Shown: positions 48,573 through 60,095 of the stretch, in pieces
How the letters are laid out: every line of letters starts with the position of its first letter
Numbering within the stretch: the stretch's first letter is position 1
Assembly (NCBI GenBank): GCA_047495785.1
Contig: JBLDXI010000020.1
Coordinates: forward strand, 1,116,001-1,180,000
DNA from: Lepidodermella squamata
Taxonomy: Eukaryota > Animalia > Gastrotricha
Direction: 5' to 3'
DNA length: 64,000 nt
Made by a program: the position numbers and the translations under genes
The notes under the pieces: generated by a model
Database searches by the model: none
What the model saw: the letters and a program-made list of their open reading frames with translations, nothing else
What the model was told of the DNA's origin: nothing

Positions 48573-51143
48573 ATGATGTCTAACAGCTATGGCTTAATTT
48601 CATCGCTTTTGTTCTGTTTCATTTTCACTGCTCGGGGCCTGGACGAGAAACCGTTCAAGCTAGGAATTTTGGTCTCGGCTCCGATGCCTGATCCCAAAAT
48701 GGAGGCAGTTTTTCGACTAGTTTCCGATATCGCTAATTCTCGCCCGAATTACCTACCAGACTACAAGGTCGAATTCATCTTACGTAACGAAGAATCCGAA
48801 GCCAATGCTGTGTTAAATGTTTTAAACTTCGCCTTGGATGACTTCGAACCTGTTCGATTCAACGCCCCGGTCGTTATAGCCGGACGGAACGATGAGAATT
48901 GCGAGGCAGTGACACCGTTAATCAAACATCTCGGCTTCGTTCAAATTTCTCCGAGTTGCCCAGGAATGCAATTCACCGCTAATAGGGTCGACTACCCGAA
49001 TTTGTATCGAACTTATGGTCCAGCTGAATTTATCGTCTCAACCAAAGTAGCTTTCATCACTCAGGTTGGAAAATGGCGTCGGGTGGGCGTAGTCGCCTTG
49101 GGCCAGTCTAACACGGCTTCAGCTCGATTAATCCACGAATTACTCGTCCAAAACGGGATTTCAGTCGATTTAACTGAAACAGCGTTTTTGCAGGAAATTA
49201 ACGGACTAGATTCAGATTTGGACGAAACTGATCTTCAAGTTATTGTGATAGAATCGTTAGACTCATTCGAAACTGCGTTATACCTTTGCCAGCTTTACTA
49301 TCGGGAGATAACCGGACCAAGTTTCACACTCATCCTATCTTCGCCGTCATTTTTTAATCCGTCAAATTTCCAACTACTTCAAAAGCCGCAATGTAACCGG
49401 CAGATTTTGATGGCCCAACTTAAGAGCGCGATTTTTGCTGGGCCGTTATTCACCCCGACGGATACGCAGAAAACAATATCAAGTCTAGGCCAAAATGTTG
49501 AAGAATTTGAGCGGCAGTTTTCGAAATACGCAAATTTGAGTGGTGGAATTAAGCCAGATTTTCAAGCTAGATTTTCTTACTACGACGCGGCTGTTCAAGC
49601 CCTGGTAACCCTCGACTCGGCTGAAAAGAATCTATTGGCTTATGGCTTGTCCCTAAGGTCCTTTTCAACAAATCCTGAAGATGTTTCTTATTTTGTGAAT
49701 CAAAGCGCGGCTACAATCGAATACACTTCACTCAGAGCTGGAAGATTTCGCTACTCGAAACGCGGCGAATTCGACGAAGAAATGCAATACATTTTTCAAT
49801 GGTTACCTGGCGAAAATTTGAGAGTCGCCTATGAAGTCAGGCGGCGGCAAGATGATTCGAAACTAGACAATTTTTTCGCGAGACTCATCAGGCCGATTAA
49901 TTGGCAGACGATTGATGGGCTGCTGCCTGGTGATACTTGGAAGTACAAAGCTCCTGTTCTACGCATGCCGAGACCGGTGTTTTTTGTCGTTCTTGTACTA
50001 TCAATCGCTCTATCGGTTCAACAAATCGTTATTGGAGGTTACATTTGGTCGAAACGGCGGAATTTAGGTCATCTACAAAAGTTTCCCCTCGCAAAATTCG
50101 AACTTATGATCGGTTGTGTTATGGTCAATTTATCAGCGATTTTTATGACGTCCTACGTCGCACCTGTCAGCGATTTTATAGGTGTTCTTGTTATCGTTTT
50201 AACTGACTGTGGTCTGTGGATAATTTACAGCACGTTGTTCTTTCGCCTCGGAGCTTTCTTCGCAGAGGACATGCAGGACAGGACCTTATCAGCGCGATTT
50301 TCCGGCTGTGCGGCTAAATTAAGGCGGCGATCTTCCAGCATAATGGTCCCTCGCCAGAGCCATCAACCAGTTCGAAGAGCTGTTAGCTCACATGTCCCCA
50401 GGTCGTCGAAAGAGGGCGCGCCTCGAAAGTCTGTTGAGGGGCAAAATAACGCGTGCCCAAGCTCTTTACCCCGGCCGAAACGACGGAGGGTTTCAGTGGG
50501 AGGCATCTTGCTAAAACCTCGCCTTGACATACTAGCCGAGGAAACAGCTGAAGAGCCGTCGATAATTGCGACGAGGCGGCAGAGTACTTCTTTCAAAAAT
50601 CACACGCAAATGCAGCAAAAATTGGTAATTTTGCCGTCTTTACTTATGCTGTTGTGTCACGTTGCTTTCATTGTGATTTGGCTATCAATCGACTTGCCGC
50701 AAATTTCACCGCTAAATCCAGGTCAAAATTCGAGACAAATCGATGGGTATTACACGATTTTCAAATCCGAGTATTTCGGCTACGGCTGGCCTGTTGTGTT
50801 GTGTGGTGTCCAGTTTTTGCCGCTAATTGGCGGTCTACTTTTCACGCTTCAGTTGCGTCACGGTTTAGCGACTCGAAGAGTGCCGAATGAGGAGTTAAAA
50901 CTGGTACGAATAGCTGTTGTAGTAGAGGCATGCCTGTTTACAGTTGCGTTTATACTTGTTGCTATGCTGCCTGCTACACTGCTTTCGCCTCTGGCAAAGC
51001 AAGCCGTTATTGCGTTTGCCCTTCTCGCAACGTCCTGTTCGGCGAGCACGGTTTTTTTCTATCCGACGCTGAAACGCACCATATATGTGACACTTCTAAA
51101 GGCTATTCGTGATCGGCGATTGAGGCGCAATCTCAGCGCTTGA
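48573..51143 (+). CDS. Intronless GABA-B-like class C GPCR, 856 aa
   Basis: ANSRPNYLPDYKVEF, DYPNLYRT, GKWRRVGVV, WQTIDGLLPGD, 7TM region with a long basic intracellular loop. Confidence 0.85.
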   Translation: MMSNSYGLISSLLFCFIFTARGLDEKPFKLGILVSAPMPDPKMEAVFRLVSDIANSRPNYLPDYKVEFILRNEESEANAVLNVLNFALDDFEPVRFNAPVVIAGRNDENCEAVTPLIKHLGFVQISPSCPGMQFTANRVDYPNLYRTYGPAEFIVSTKVAFITQVGKWRRVGVVALGQSNTASARLIHELLVQNGISVDLTETAFLQEINGLDSDLDETDLQVIVIESLDSFETALYLCQLYYREITGPSFTLILSSPSFFNPSNFQLLQKPQCNRQILMAQLKSAIFAGPLFTPTDTQKTISSLGQNVEEFERQFSKYANLSGGIKPDFQARFSYYDAAVQALVTLDSAEKNLLAYGLSLRSFSTNPEDVSYFVNQSAATIEYTSLRAGRFRYSKRGEFDEEMQYIFQWLPGENLRVAYEVRRRQDDSKLDNFFARLIRPINWQTIDGLLPGDTWKYKAPVLRMPRPVFFVVLVLSIALSVQQIVIGGYIWSKRRNLGHLQKFPLAKFELMIGCVMVNLSAIFMTSYVAPVSDFIGVLVIVLTDCGLWIIYSTLFFRLGAFFAEDMQDRTLSARFSGCAAKLRRRSSSIMVPRQSHQPVRRAVSSHVPRSSKEGAPRKSVEGQNNACPSSLPRPKRRRVSVGGILLKPRLDILAEETAEEPSIIATRRQSTSFKNHTQMQQKLVILPSLLMLLCHVAFIVIWLSIDLPQISPLNPGQNSRQIDGYYTIFKSEYFGYGWPVVLCGVQFLPLIGGLLFTLQLRHGLATRRVPNEELKLVRIAVVVEACLFTVAFILVAMLPATLLSPLAKQAVIAFALLATSCSASTVFFYPTLKRTIYVTLLKAIRDRRLRRNLSA

Positions 51144-51409
51144 CAGAGTATTATTGATGAAAATTGAGAAGCAGCTAACTTTATAATTGACTTGAATGAT
51201 AAACTGATCCAGAAAAATCTTCAATTGTACGAAAATATTGTTATAAAAGGCTTATTTCGGTCTTGAATCTGGAGAAAATCGGATAATAATTTTGCTAAAA
51301 TATTCATACCGAAATACTGATAAACGCGAAAAAATCGCTTTTCATCGGGCTAAATTTTCCGATATATGAGATGGCGGTGATTCAAGTGGGAAATATCTAC
51401 ATGGATCGT

Positions 51410-51871
51410 TCAATTCCGATAAATTCTGAAGGTGTTGAACAGGATTGCCAAACTTGTGATTGAAATCAGGAGTAGGGCATTAGGAACGACGCTATTACTT
51501 TTTCCGATTGTATTGCAGCCGTCGGCTTCGCAGCATTGGTAATTGCTGTCTCCGTTTTTTACAGTTACCGAGACAATCGTAACATCCGGGCACGTGTCTT
51601 GAGCGTAATTTCTGGTTGCAACCTTAACACTGATGATATGAGCCTTGAATTTATAAACGGCAAACGGCTATAAGCATAGTCTTAAGTCTTACCCCCAAAC
51701 AGTTGTGTAAGCAGCGTAGCAGTATTTGAATGTGTTATCAGTTGGAACTTTTTGGTAATATCCAAGTCCACTGCCTGAGTATAAAACCCAGCAGTACGAA
51801 AAGGAGGCTGTGGCTGAGACAGGAATGCTCAGGCAAATCCAGGCGATCAGCGTTAAACTAGAGGAGCCCAT
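51410..51871 (-). CDS. Divergent Ly6/uPAR-like GPI-anchored protein 4 (reduced cysteine set); 2 exons
   Basis: Signal peptide; YCW..KYCY..W|GVKVATRNYAQDTCP..YQCCEADGCN followed by a hydrophobic tail. Confidence 0.75.
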
Positions 51872-52332
51872 TGCTTGAAACCATTTTTCGGATAACTACC
51901 TAATTGCTAATGCCCTATTTAGCCACATCATAATTATGCTCTAGCGCATTCGAGATCAAATTAATTAACCTCGTAGTTATGTAACGTGTAACGGTTCCGG
52001 CTGGTGGGAAAACATAATGAAAATAGCCTTTACGAGAGTATTTATTTTAGCCTAGTTAACAGTAGCTAGACGCGTAATATCAACTAGGCGCAGCAAGCTA
52101 ATGCCACAATGCTACGTATTTGTGCACTGATGATATGTAGAAAGTTGAAAATATCACCGAAAAATCGAAATTCAAAATAATTCGAGAAATTCAAAATAGG
52201 TAGTAATAAATAGCGTTACTACTTTTGGCACGCACTTTAGCTAAACAACTATACCTATTATTTCTTGGATACAGCTACCCAAACATGCATAAAAATGTCC
52301 ACTATATTGTGAACCCTCGGGTCAGAGTCGAT

Positions 52333-53053
52333 GAGGGGCGCATCCAGGCGGTTGTTTTGGTTGTTAAACAACTACCAAAATGAATATTGAAAAACCCCTC
52401 TCAACAACAACTTCTCGATTTTCGATCATTTAGCTGATGATTCGTTCTTGAAATGCCATTTTGAGGTTCAAATTATGCAAAAATGAATGCAAAACCCTAA
52501 TTTTTCTGCTCGCTACGCTCGCACGAATATGAACTATCTGTTGTAATTCGCTTCAAGCATCTGTGATATCATACTCAGCATTTCATGGTTGGTTTCACAC
52601 CACAGCTTCAACCCGAAAGTGATGTAGGAAACAACTATTTGGGAAACATATATCGCGAGACACAGGGTTGTAAATATTTTTGTAAATTCTGCCTATAGAT
52701 GGCGATTTCCTCGGTGAGAAAGGTTGTAAGATCTTCCTTCTGGTGCAATTTTAGACTATTTCCAGCACAAATGTTAGCAAAAAATCGAAAATTTAAGCTC
52801 GCTCTGCTCGCAAATTCTGAAATGATTGGTACCCATTTTCAATACCTAGGGAAAATTTATTTTCGGGTTCTTTTGCATTTTTCAAGGATTTGATACAGAA
52901 AAATTCAGCGACATGACATACGATGCGCGGTTGGGTTCAAATATTGAAATTTTCTATTAAAGTATGGAAATACCCTTAAAAATCGGACATTTTTGAGATC
53001 TAATCTGTCTTGGAAAAAACAACCACCAAACCGAAATCCTGGCTACGCCCCTG
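52333..53053. mobile_element. Degenerate hAT-type MITE
   Basis: Termini gaggggcgcatccagg and cctggctacgcccctg, with subterminal ggttgttttggttgtt / aacaaccaccaaacc; no clear 8-bp TSD. Confidence 0.55.
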
Positions 53054-53783
53054 TGAGGGATATACCGTATTTACCGAATTATATTAGGCCAGACCGAAAT
53101 AAACAGCTGAGGGTCAGATCCTTCGAATGAATTTAAGCACCATTTTAGCAGCGATCTAGGCCAGGCAAACAATTCGATTCGATTTAGTTCAAAGTTGGCA
53201 GAGGGAAAATTCAGTCGTCTCACTGCGTGCAACGGTTTTTATGCGTACACGGTAAAGTGACCCAATTTTCCAATAATTGAGCATTTCGCTGTTGAACACA
53301 AGCCAAAAAGGTTCATTTTAAACACTGCGTTCCGTCGTATCTTAGCTATTGCGTAGCTTCGAATAACATCAAATGCCCGATAAACCTTTTAAATTAAAAA
53401 CGGGCAATGGCGATGTCATTGTCGATGATTTGCACGATGCGGACAGTCGGCAAAAGAAGTATGTATAATTTTAGGCACGGGAAATATGTTGACTCCACTA
53501 TATCAAATAACGGCAAATCTCTAGTTTAATTTATTAAATAAATTTTTGCGCGATATCTATGAAATTTGCCGTATGGAATTTTTGCAATCAAAAAACATCA
53601 ATATATAGCTCAACTCTTATACATTTATGTTGGCTGACATACAGTTCGTGGATAGCATTAAATCGCCGTGTTCCCCGACGCGGGAAGGTCAACATCGGAA
53701 CAGCTTAGGTTACATGCAGCTAGCTTTCAATCAACGTGTGTTTAAATTTAGTGAAAAAGGGATGGGAGAAGAGCAAGATCGGT

Positions 53784-54241
53784 TCACAAAGATGCAAAGA
53801 CCACTGCGATGACAGAGAGAGCCATTCCGAGAGACGAAGCGACAATCGTCCGTTCGGCTCCGTTACAGCCGTCCGTTTGGCAGCACTTGATTTGAACAGC
53901 GCTTTAAGATGAAAAAAATTAGGAGGTAATTTGATGATGGGATGATGGCTCATACCTGCCACTGTAGCTTGGGCACTGGCCAACGCAGTAGCGGTCGTAC
54001 GAAGTGCTAAATAACTGCTGCGAACGGACCTCGGCGCATTGCGAGTACTCGTTGCTAGAAAATAGTGCACCATTTGAAGAGTGAATTTTTGAGCTCAGCT
54101 TATGACCTACCTGCACGTGATGAGAGTTCCAACGCTGCTGCCGCAAGATGAGCAGGAGTAACACTTGATCGCTTCGGTCGATCCGAGGAAGAGCGCAGCT
54201 ACAACGGCGACAAGCAGAGTTGCATATTGAATCGAGGCCAT
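53784..54241 (-). CDS. Ly6/uPAR GPI-anchored protein 5; 3 exons; closest to protein 3
   Basis: IKCYSCSSC..TC|SNEYSQCAE..RYCVGQCPSYSG|SAVQIKCCQTDGCN followed by a hydrophobic tail. Confidence 0.88.
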
Positions 54242-55431
54242 GGCGGAAGAATCAATTGCTGTCGGCTTAGCGAGAGAAAAATGCGGCGATGATGGCAACG
54301 AAAAGCGAACTGACTGAGCTGACGCGGAAACTGTATGACTGGCTCAATGACTGCTTTTAGCAGATATTATGGGATTATAATAGCAGGCTTCGTCTCTTTC
54401 GTACAGCGTCAGGTGGTTTTCCCTAAAACTTATTATTGTAAATGCTGGGCGCGCATGTGACGGCATCTATAGCGGCTAGATGCGCTTGCATTTAGCGAGG
54501 CCCTTGAGCCGCTCCGCCGTGCCATTGGACAGAGATGGACGCGCGTTGCGCCGCGAGGCGTGCGTCTACGATTACAGAGCAAACGTACTTTTTACAGTCG
54601 GCGTGCCGTCCCACCTCAAAACACGGTTGTTGTTGGGCACCAACTCGCATCTCATTACAAGACCATTTACCGTTTATAGCTTTGTTTGTATTAGGCGCGC
54701 ATGTTGGTCCGATGCGGATGAGAGCAACTATCACTGCGCATTAACGCACCACATCACCCTATCCCGCCAATGATGACAATTACAAGTGAGTATATGGGAT
54801 ATGAAGACACGCCGAGTCGAAGAAAACAAACCAGCAAACAAGAAGCCTCTGAAGTACGGGGCAGCTGAGTGGCTCCGCGGCGGCCGGCCGTTGCATTGCG
54901 TATACTACGGCGCAACCTGCAAAATCATTACAACAAATATTAGCAAGGTGGAAATCGCTATGGGAAGTAGCTATTTTGTTAGAGAATATCTCTTTTTCTT
55001 CTGCGGCTACTACAGCTTTGGTACTGTTGCAAGAGAAATAAGCCTTTCAGTCATTGAATCGAACACTAACTGTATACCTGTAAACTGTAAACTTTTGTAC
55101 CTCGTCAAAAAAGAACGACGAACCCAGACTCCGGACCAACTAATGGTAGAATTTCAAATCGGATTCAAATAAGGCTTTTTACAGTAATAATTTAGTATTT
55201 CAGTATTTCTGGTTAGCAGTAATTTCATCGCATAACCCTGATACATCGGTATTTCCGATAAAATAATTACGTATTTCTCCATGGCCTCAAGGCTAAGATG
55301 CTGGCTCTGTTGGCGAATACAAGAGGGTGCCCTGGTAGCACCCCGAGGGCGCGAGTGCGTTTGCATTAACAAAACCTTGCAAGGTTTAGTCCCAATAGTC
55401 CCAAAGGTCGCGAAAAATGGCACCTGCTTCG

Positions 55432-55483
55432 GTTGACCCCTATAGGGGTATACCTGAGTTAACCCCTATAGGGTATACCCTGA
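55432..55483. repeat. Two tandem 26-bp units, each containing the palindrome CCCTATAGGG
   Basis: gttgacccctataggggtatacctga / gttaacccctatagggtataccctga. Confidence 0.7.
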
Positions 55484-56558
55484 TGGCATAAACAAGAGAA
55501 AAAACTTCAAGGAAAATGAGTGACTCTGTTGGTTTCGTAATAATGCGTTATGGCTTCGCTTTTCTCCGTGTCATAATGGGTCATGCCTCTTCAAAATGAT
55601 CGGCTGTTCACTCGACCCGGAATTGTGAATGTTTGGAAACCGTCAGCAGGTAATTTTAAAATTACCGTATTCCATCGAATAGTATCCTACCTTTAATTAT
55701 AACCCCCTCAAATAATAGACCCAAAAATTCACTTTGATATTGGATCCAAAGGTTAGTAATATCCCGGCTCGAATATGTGATAGCCATGCGGCGGGAAAAC
55801 ACGTTGAAACCTGGAAAATCATCTGGCCTAAAATGACTAGGAATAGCTTTTCCGATTGCGGAATCACTATACTGCTTGAAAGCTTTAGATGGTTCAACCT
55901 GGGAAGCCTTTTGGAGACTGCTCATATCAACTTATGGGCTTTGTTTAAATGTTGATGTGACATTGCGGGTTTAATTGCCTCCCTCGATTAAAAGCCCCAA
56001 CAATTTTTTCACTATTTTTCGAGTTCGGAAAAAATGGTAGCCATGGCTATTATTTGATGTATATCCGATATACAGAGAACCGTGTTATTTTGTTCAAATT
56101 AAATCTGAATGTGGTCTAACTAGTTGAGCAGAAAACGTCTTCGCAATAGACACAAAGCCGAAGGTGGCGCGGGACGAGCGAGGACCAAGTAAACGGTAGC
56201 AAACAACCGAGTGGAGCATTGAACCAATGCGTGAAATACAGGCTACCCCAGCTTATCGAGAGGTAAAGGCATTAATCCCGAGAAAGAACACAGAGGGACC
56301 ATTTCCCGGATAGAAATTTTTGCTGCATTTCTGATGCGGGAACGTGATTTTCCTAGGCTCAACCTGCGCCGCACTGATTTGAGATGAAATCGCATGATTT
56401 CTTGCCATGAGCGCATCGCAGCGAGTGCGGCGCAGTGATAAAAGTGACAAGTCGTAATTTATTGCCCATCATTTCTGGCGAGAGTGGTTGCGTTTATCAT
56501 GCGCCGTAATGCGGCTCCCTCATGTCACAGGCGCGAGTTCCAAAATTTGAATATCTCA

Positions 56559-56898
56559 CATTGTGGAACCACTGGTAAGTTGGACTTTTGCGCGCACGCG
56601 CTGATTGGTCAATTGATCGTTGCTAATGACTCCGGGATGAACATTCCTGGCGTGCGATCCATTCATAAATTATTTTATATTTATGTAAAAAATGACCTTG
56701 CCACACCCTCTGCACGGTTTCCATTGACCACGAGCGTAAACTCCATACTAATCGTGGTAAATTGCTGCGGCAAAAAACACTTGTTGCAAACAATTTTATG
56801 GATCGCACGACCATCATGTTTCATCCGGGAGTCATAGCAACGATCGATTGACCAATCAGCGTGCGCATTGGATGGGACTTTTTAGTGGTCACACAATG
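56559..56898. mobile_element. Foldback/MITE-like inverted repeat (~110-bp arms)
   Basis: gctgattggtcaattgatcgttgctaatgactccgggatga versus tcatccgggagtcatagcaacgatcgattgaccaatcagc. Confidence 0.7.
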
Positions 56899-58197
56899 CA
56901 GTCGTCAGAGTCAACCGTTGTTTGTTGCAGCCATTTGGTTATGTCCGATTTCCTATTCCTCCAAAGTTACGTCGCTGTTACTGTTACAGCAATGCGGTCC
57001 AGTACGGCTCTAATCTCCTACGCGATTTTACGATAGCCGATTATGGTCAATTTATATAAAAATGATTTGCAATGCCGGCATTACCCGGGATGACGTTTAA
57101 TCCGCCACCAATTTGGACGTTTGTTGTGGTCTGCTACTGATGTTGGCGTTTGTTAGTCTCTGTTGTAAACCTGCATGGTAGCCCTCGTCAAATCCTTTTC
57201 CCTTTCCCGCCAATCGCGATAAAAGGAATGGGAATATATAGAATCGCGTAGAAACGCCCTCTTCTGTTCCTAATGCAGCAGCCGCTGAGGCTTCAAACAG
57301 ACAGTTGGTCAATCCTCCCATCTCCCATGGTCAACCAAGGTGAAGTTTTCGATAATGCGAGCCCGCTGGACGGTTTAATCAACTCATCTTCGCCCACTAC
57401 TACAAACTTGTCTCCGGTCTTTCGCATTACGGTTTTGAAAAAGCGGCGGTTATTTTGCCTTCCAGTAAAGGGCAATGTGAGTGATTCTAAGTGATTGAGG
57501 TTGATGCAGACAGGTGATCGTCATCAGGAATAAAAAGATCTCAAAATATCATGATTGCAAGTGAGAATTCAAAGCTACGGCGCATGCGCCGTTTTATGAC
57601 AATTTCTGATCGCAAGTGAGATCTCACTTTCAGCGCGCATGCGCGGTCATGATAAATTATTATATTGCTACGTGCGTTCGCATGATTTTATGGTAGCTCA
57701 AATCCCCATGCGCGCGCATCATCAGTGAGAATTTCAAATTTATTAGTGAGAATCACGAACAATTTCAATCCGGGTTGGTCCGATTAACTCGGAGCCGAAA
57801 TAAAATACCAAAAATTACACCCCCTCCTTGCTTCATAAACTGTCATGAAAGATTTCGCACAAAACGAATGAGCACGTGGTCCATGTGGGGCTTCTAGGTC
57901 AGCTCATCTCGAGCCATCAAGCGGCGACCCGAATCCATCTTCGCGTGAACGTGCCTCTCGGCCTCTGGGAACGAAGCTGATAATCGTTAAATCGTCGGCA
58001 TATGGGTGATTCCACCGTAACGGACAGAGGTTCCACATTTATTTCCAAGCTTTAAAGCTATTTATTTTCATAACAGTCACTCCTCACGACGAGATATTTT
58101 GTGGGCACCTTAGTATCGACCAACTGAACAATTTCGAAACATATCAGGACTTCGTCCGAGCCACACCCATTAGTGGGTTTGTGGAAGACTGCCTTCG

Positions 58198-58590
58198 TCA
58201 CGGAGTGGCCAGCGCATCCCAGTGATTTTTCTTGAAAACCGAATCTTGGTACTTGGCGTCGGTGTTTTTCCAGAGGCACGGTGTGTGCTTCACGTACTCG
58301 ATAATGGCCGCCTCGACCTCCGTTCGATGCTGGTTCTGCACTGGGTCGCCGGTCGGCACTGAGGCGCGAGAAGTTGAGGCGCTAGACCTTGAAGCTCGAG
58401 ACGTAGTAGCGCGTTTAGTCGAGGGGTGAGAAGTCGAAGCAGTTGGACGATTGATTGGCTGCGAATGCGGCACAGGCGTCGCAAAGGACGACGGCACTGG
58501 CGACGTAGACCAGGAATGGACTTGCGAGTAGCTGGGCGTGTGGTTGAGCGGCGGCTGGCTGTCGTCGATGTATTGCTGTGTCGTGTCGAT
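58198..58590 (-). pseudogene. Harbinger MADF/Myb-SANT DNA-binding protein remnant
   Basis: AIIEYVKHTPCLWKNTDAKYQDSVFKKNHWDALA is a MADF consensus; no in-frame ATG; premature stop. Confidence 0.75.
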
Positions 58591-58836
58591 GTGCTGTTTG
58601 AGAAGTTTCGAAAAAGCAACGTTTCAAACTAGAATTTCAGATGTTGATGCTATGTCCCTCAAAGAGACGCGATTTATACCGCAAGTTGGGCGCCAAAAGG
58701 CGACCCTGCGCCCAGGTCAAAAGGGCGCCGCTCAAGATGGCGCACATGGAGCAAATCTCACAGGCGCATCAGCGGCCACCGACTCAGGAGCGTTAATCCG
58801 CTCATTTTGCGTGAATTTTGCGAGTTCAATTATAAA

Positions 58837-60095
58837 ATGATTAGCATAAAGAAGCGAATAGCCATCATCGCGTTGGCTTATCACCTGCAGCGCAAGAAAC
58901 AACAGCACAAATTCGCCCGTCGCTTCGGCATCCATCCAATTAATCGGACCCGTTCGCATTTGGGCCACTTTCACTGTCTGCATCGTGAATTGCTGCTCGA
59001 CAACGAGCGGTTCCAAGCCTATTATAGGCTGGATATTGCTGCCTTTAATAAACTGGTCTGCCTCGTTCGCCCTTTGCTACCGAAACCGGCTGGTATCGGC
59101 CGTCGCGGCATTTCGATTGAAGAAAAAATGGCCGTAACGCTGCGTTGTTTGGCGACGGGCGAAAGTATGGCCAGCCTCGCCTTCACGTTTCGCATGGGTA
59201 AATCGACTGTTCACGCGATTTTGAAACGAACGCTACGTGCGATCAGCGAGGCACTGCTTCCAATCAACTCCGACGGCCGAAACCTGGCGGGCTAACGCGG
59301 CCGAGTTCGGCGCTTACTGGAATTTTCCGTTTTGTTGCGGCGCCATTGATGGCAAACACTGCTTGATCACCCGACCTGAACACTCCGGCAGTGAATTTTA
59401 CAATTATAAGGTAATCTATTTCATTTTTAAAAATTAAATAAAAAATATTAAAAATTGAAAAAAAATTAAAATTAAATTTAAATTTATAAAAAAATTTCAC
59501 AATTTTTCCGTGCGATTAAAATTTTTCAAATAAAATAAAAATAATAATAATTTTTTTTCCAATTTAGGGTACTTTCTCGATTGTGTTGATGACGATCGTC
59601 GATGCGAAGTACCGCTTCGTTCTCGTTGATGTTGGCGCACACGGGCGCTTCAGCGACGGCGGCATCTTCAAAACAGCGGTTTGCTTGATTTCTGCAACCG
59701 GACGACACCGACTGAAACTACGTCACTTCCGCCCGGTCATCTCAAGGCCAATCACTATCTTGTCGCCGACGCTGCATTTGGCCTGGATTGGAATATTTTA
59801 ACGCCATACCCTGGTCAAAGCTCCGGCAATCTGCCTGCGAATAAAATGACATTCAACTACCGGTTATCTCGCGGCCGCCGTGTTGTCGAAAATGCGTTCG
59901 GTATCGCGTCGTCTCGGTTCCGATTGCTGCGTAAGGTTATGGATCTCTCTCCGGAGATGGCCGAGGATGCGGTACTTGCAATTACGGCCCTTCACAATTT
60001 CGCCATGGCCGAGGTTTCCACGTACAAAATCAGTGAACGGGAAGCCTGGGACACATGGGCGGAAATGGAAAAAGATGGCGCCCTGTCTAGTTTTG
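58837..60095 (+). pseudogene. Harbinger DDE transposase (DDE_Tnp_4/HARBI1-like), frameshifted, with an AT-rich intron ~59411-59568
   Basis: ISIEEKMAVTLRCLATGES, GAIDGKH, FYNYK|[43 protein letters not shown]; frame breaks near 59265 and 59670. Confidence 0.9.

Noticed and set aside
55660-57500. Short ORFs (55662-55925, 57097-57494) and a solo CCGTATT TIR-like end at ~55664
   Set aside because: No assignable domain and no partner TIR; probably decayed TE sequence, but not supportable as features
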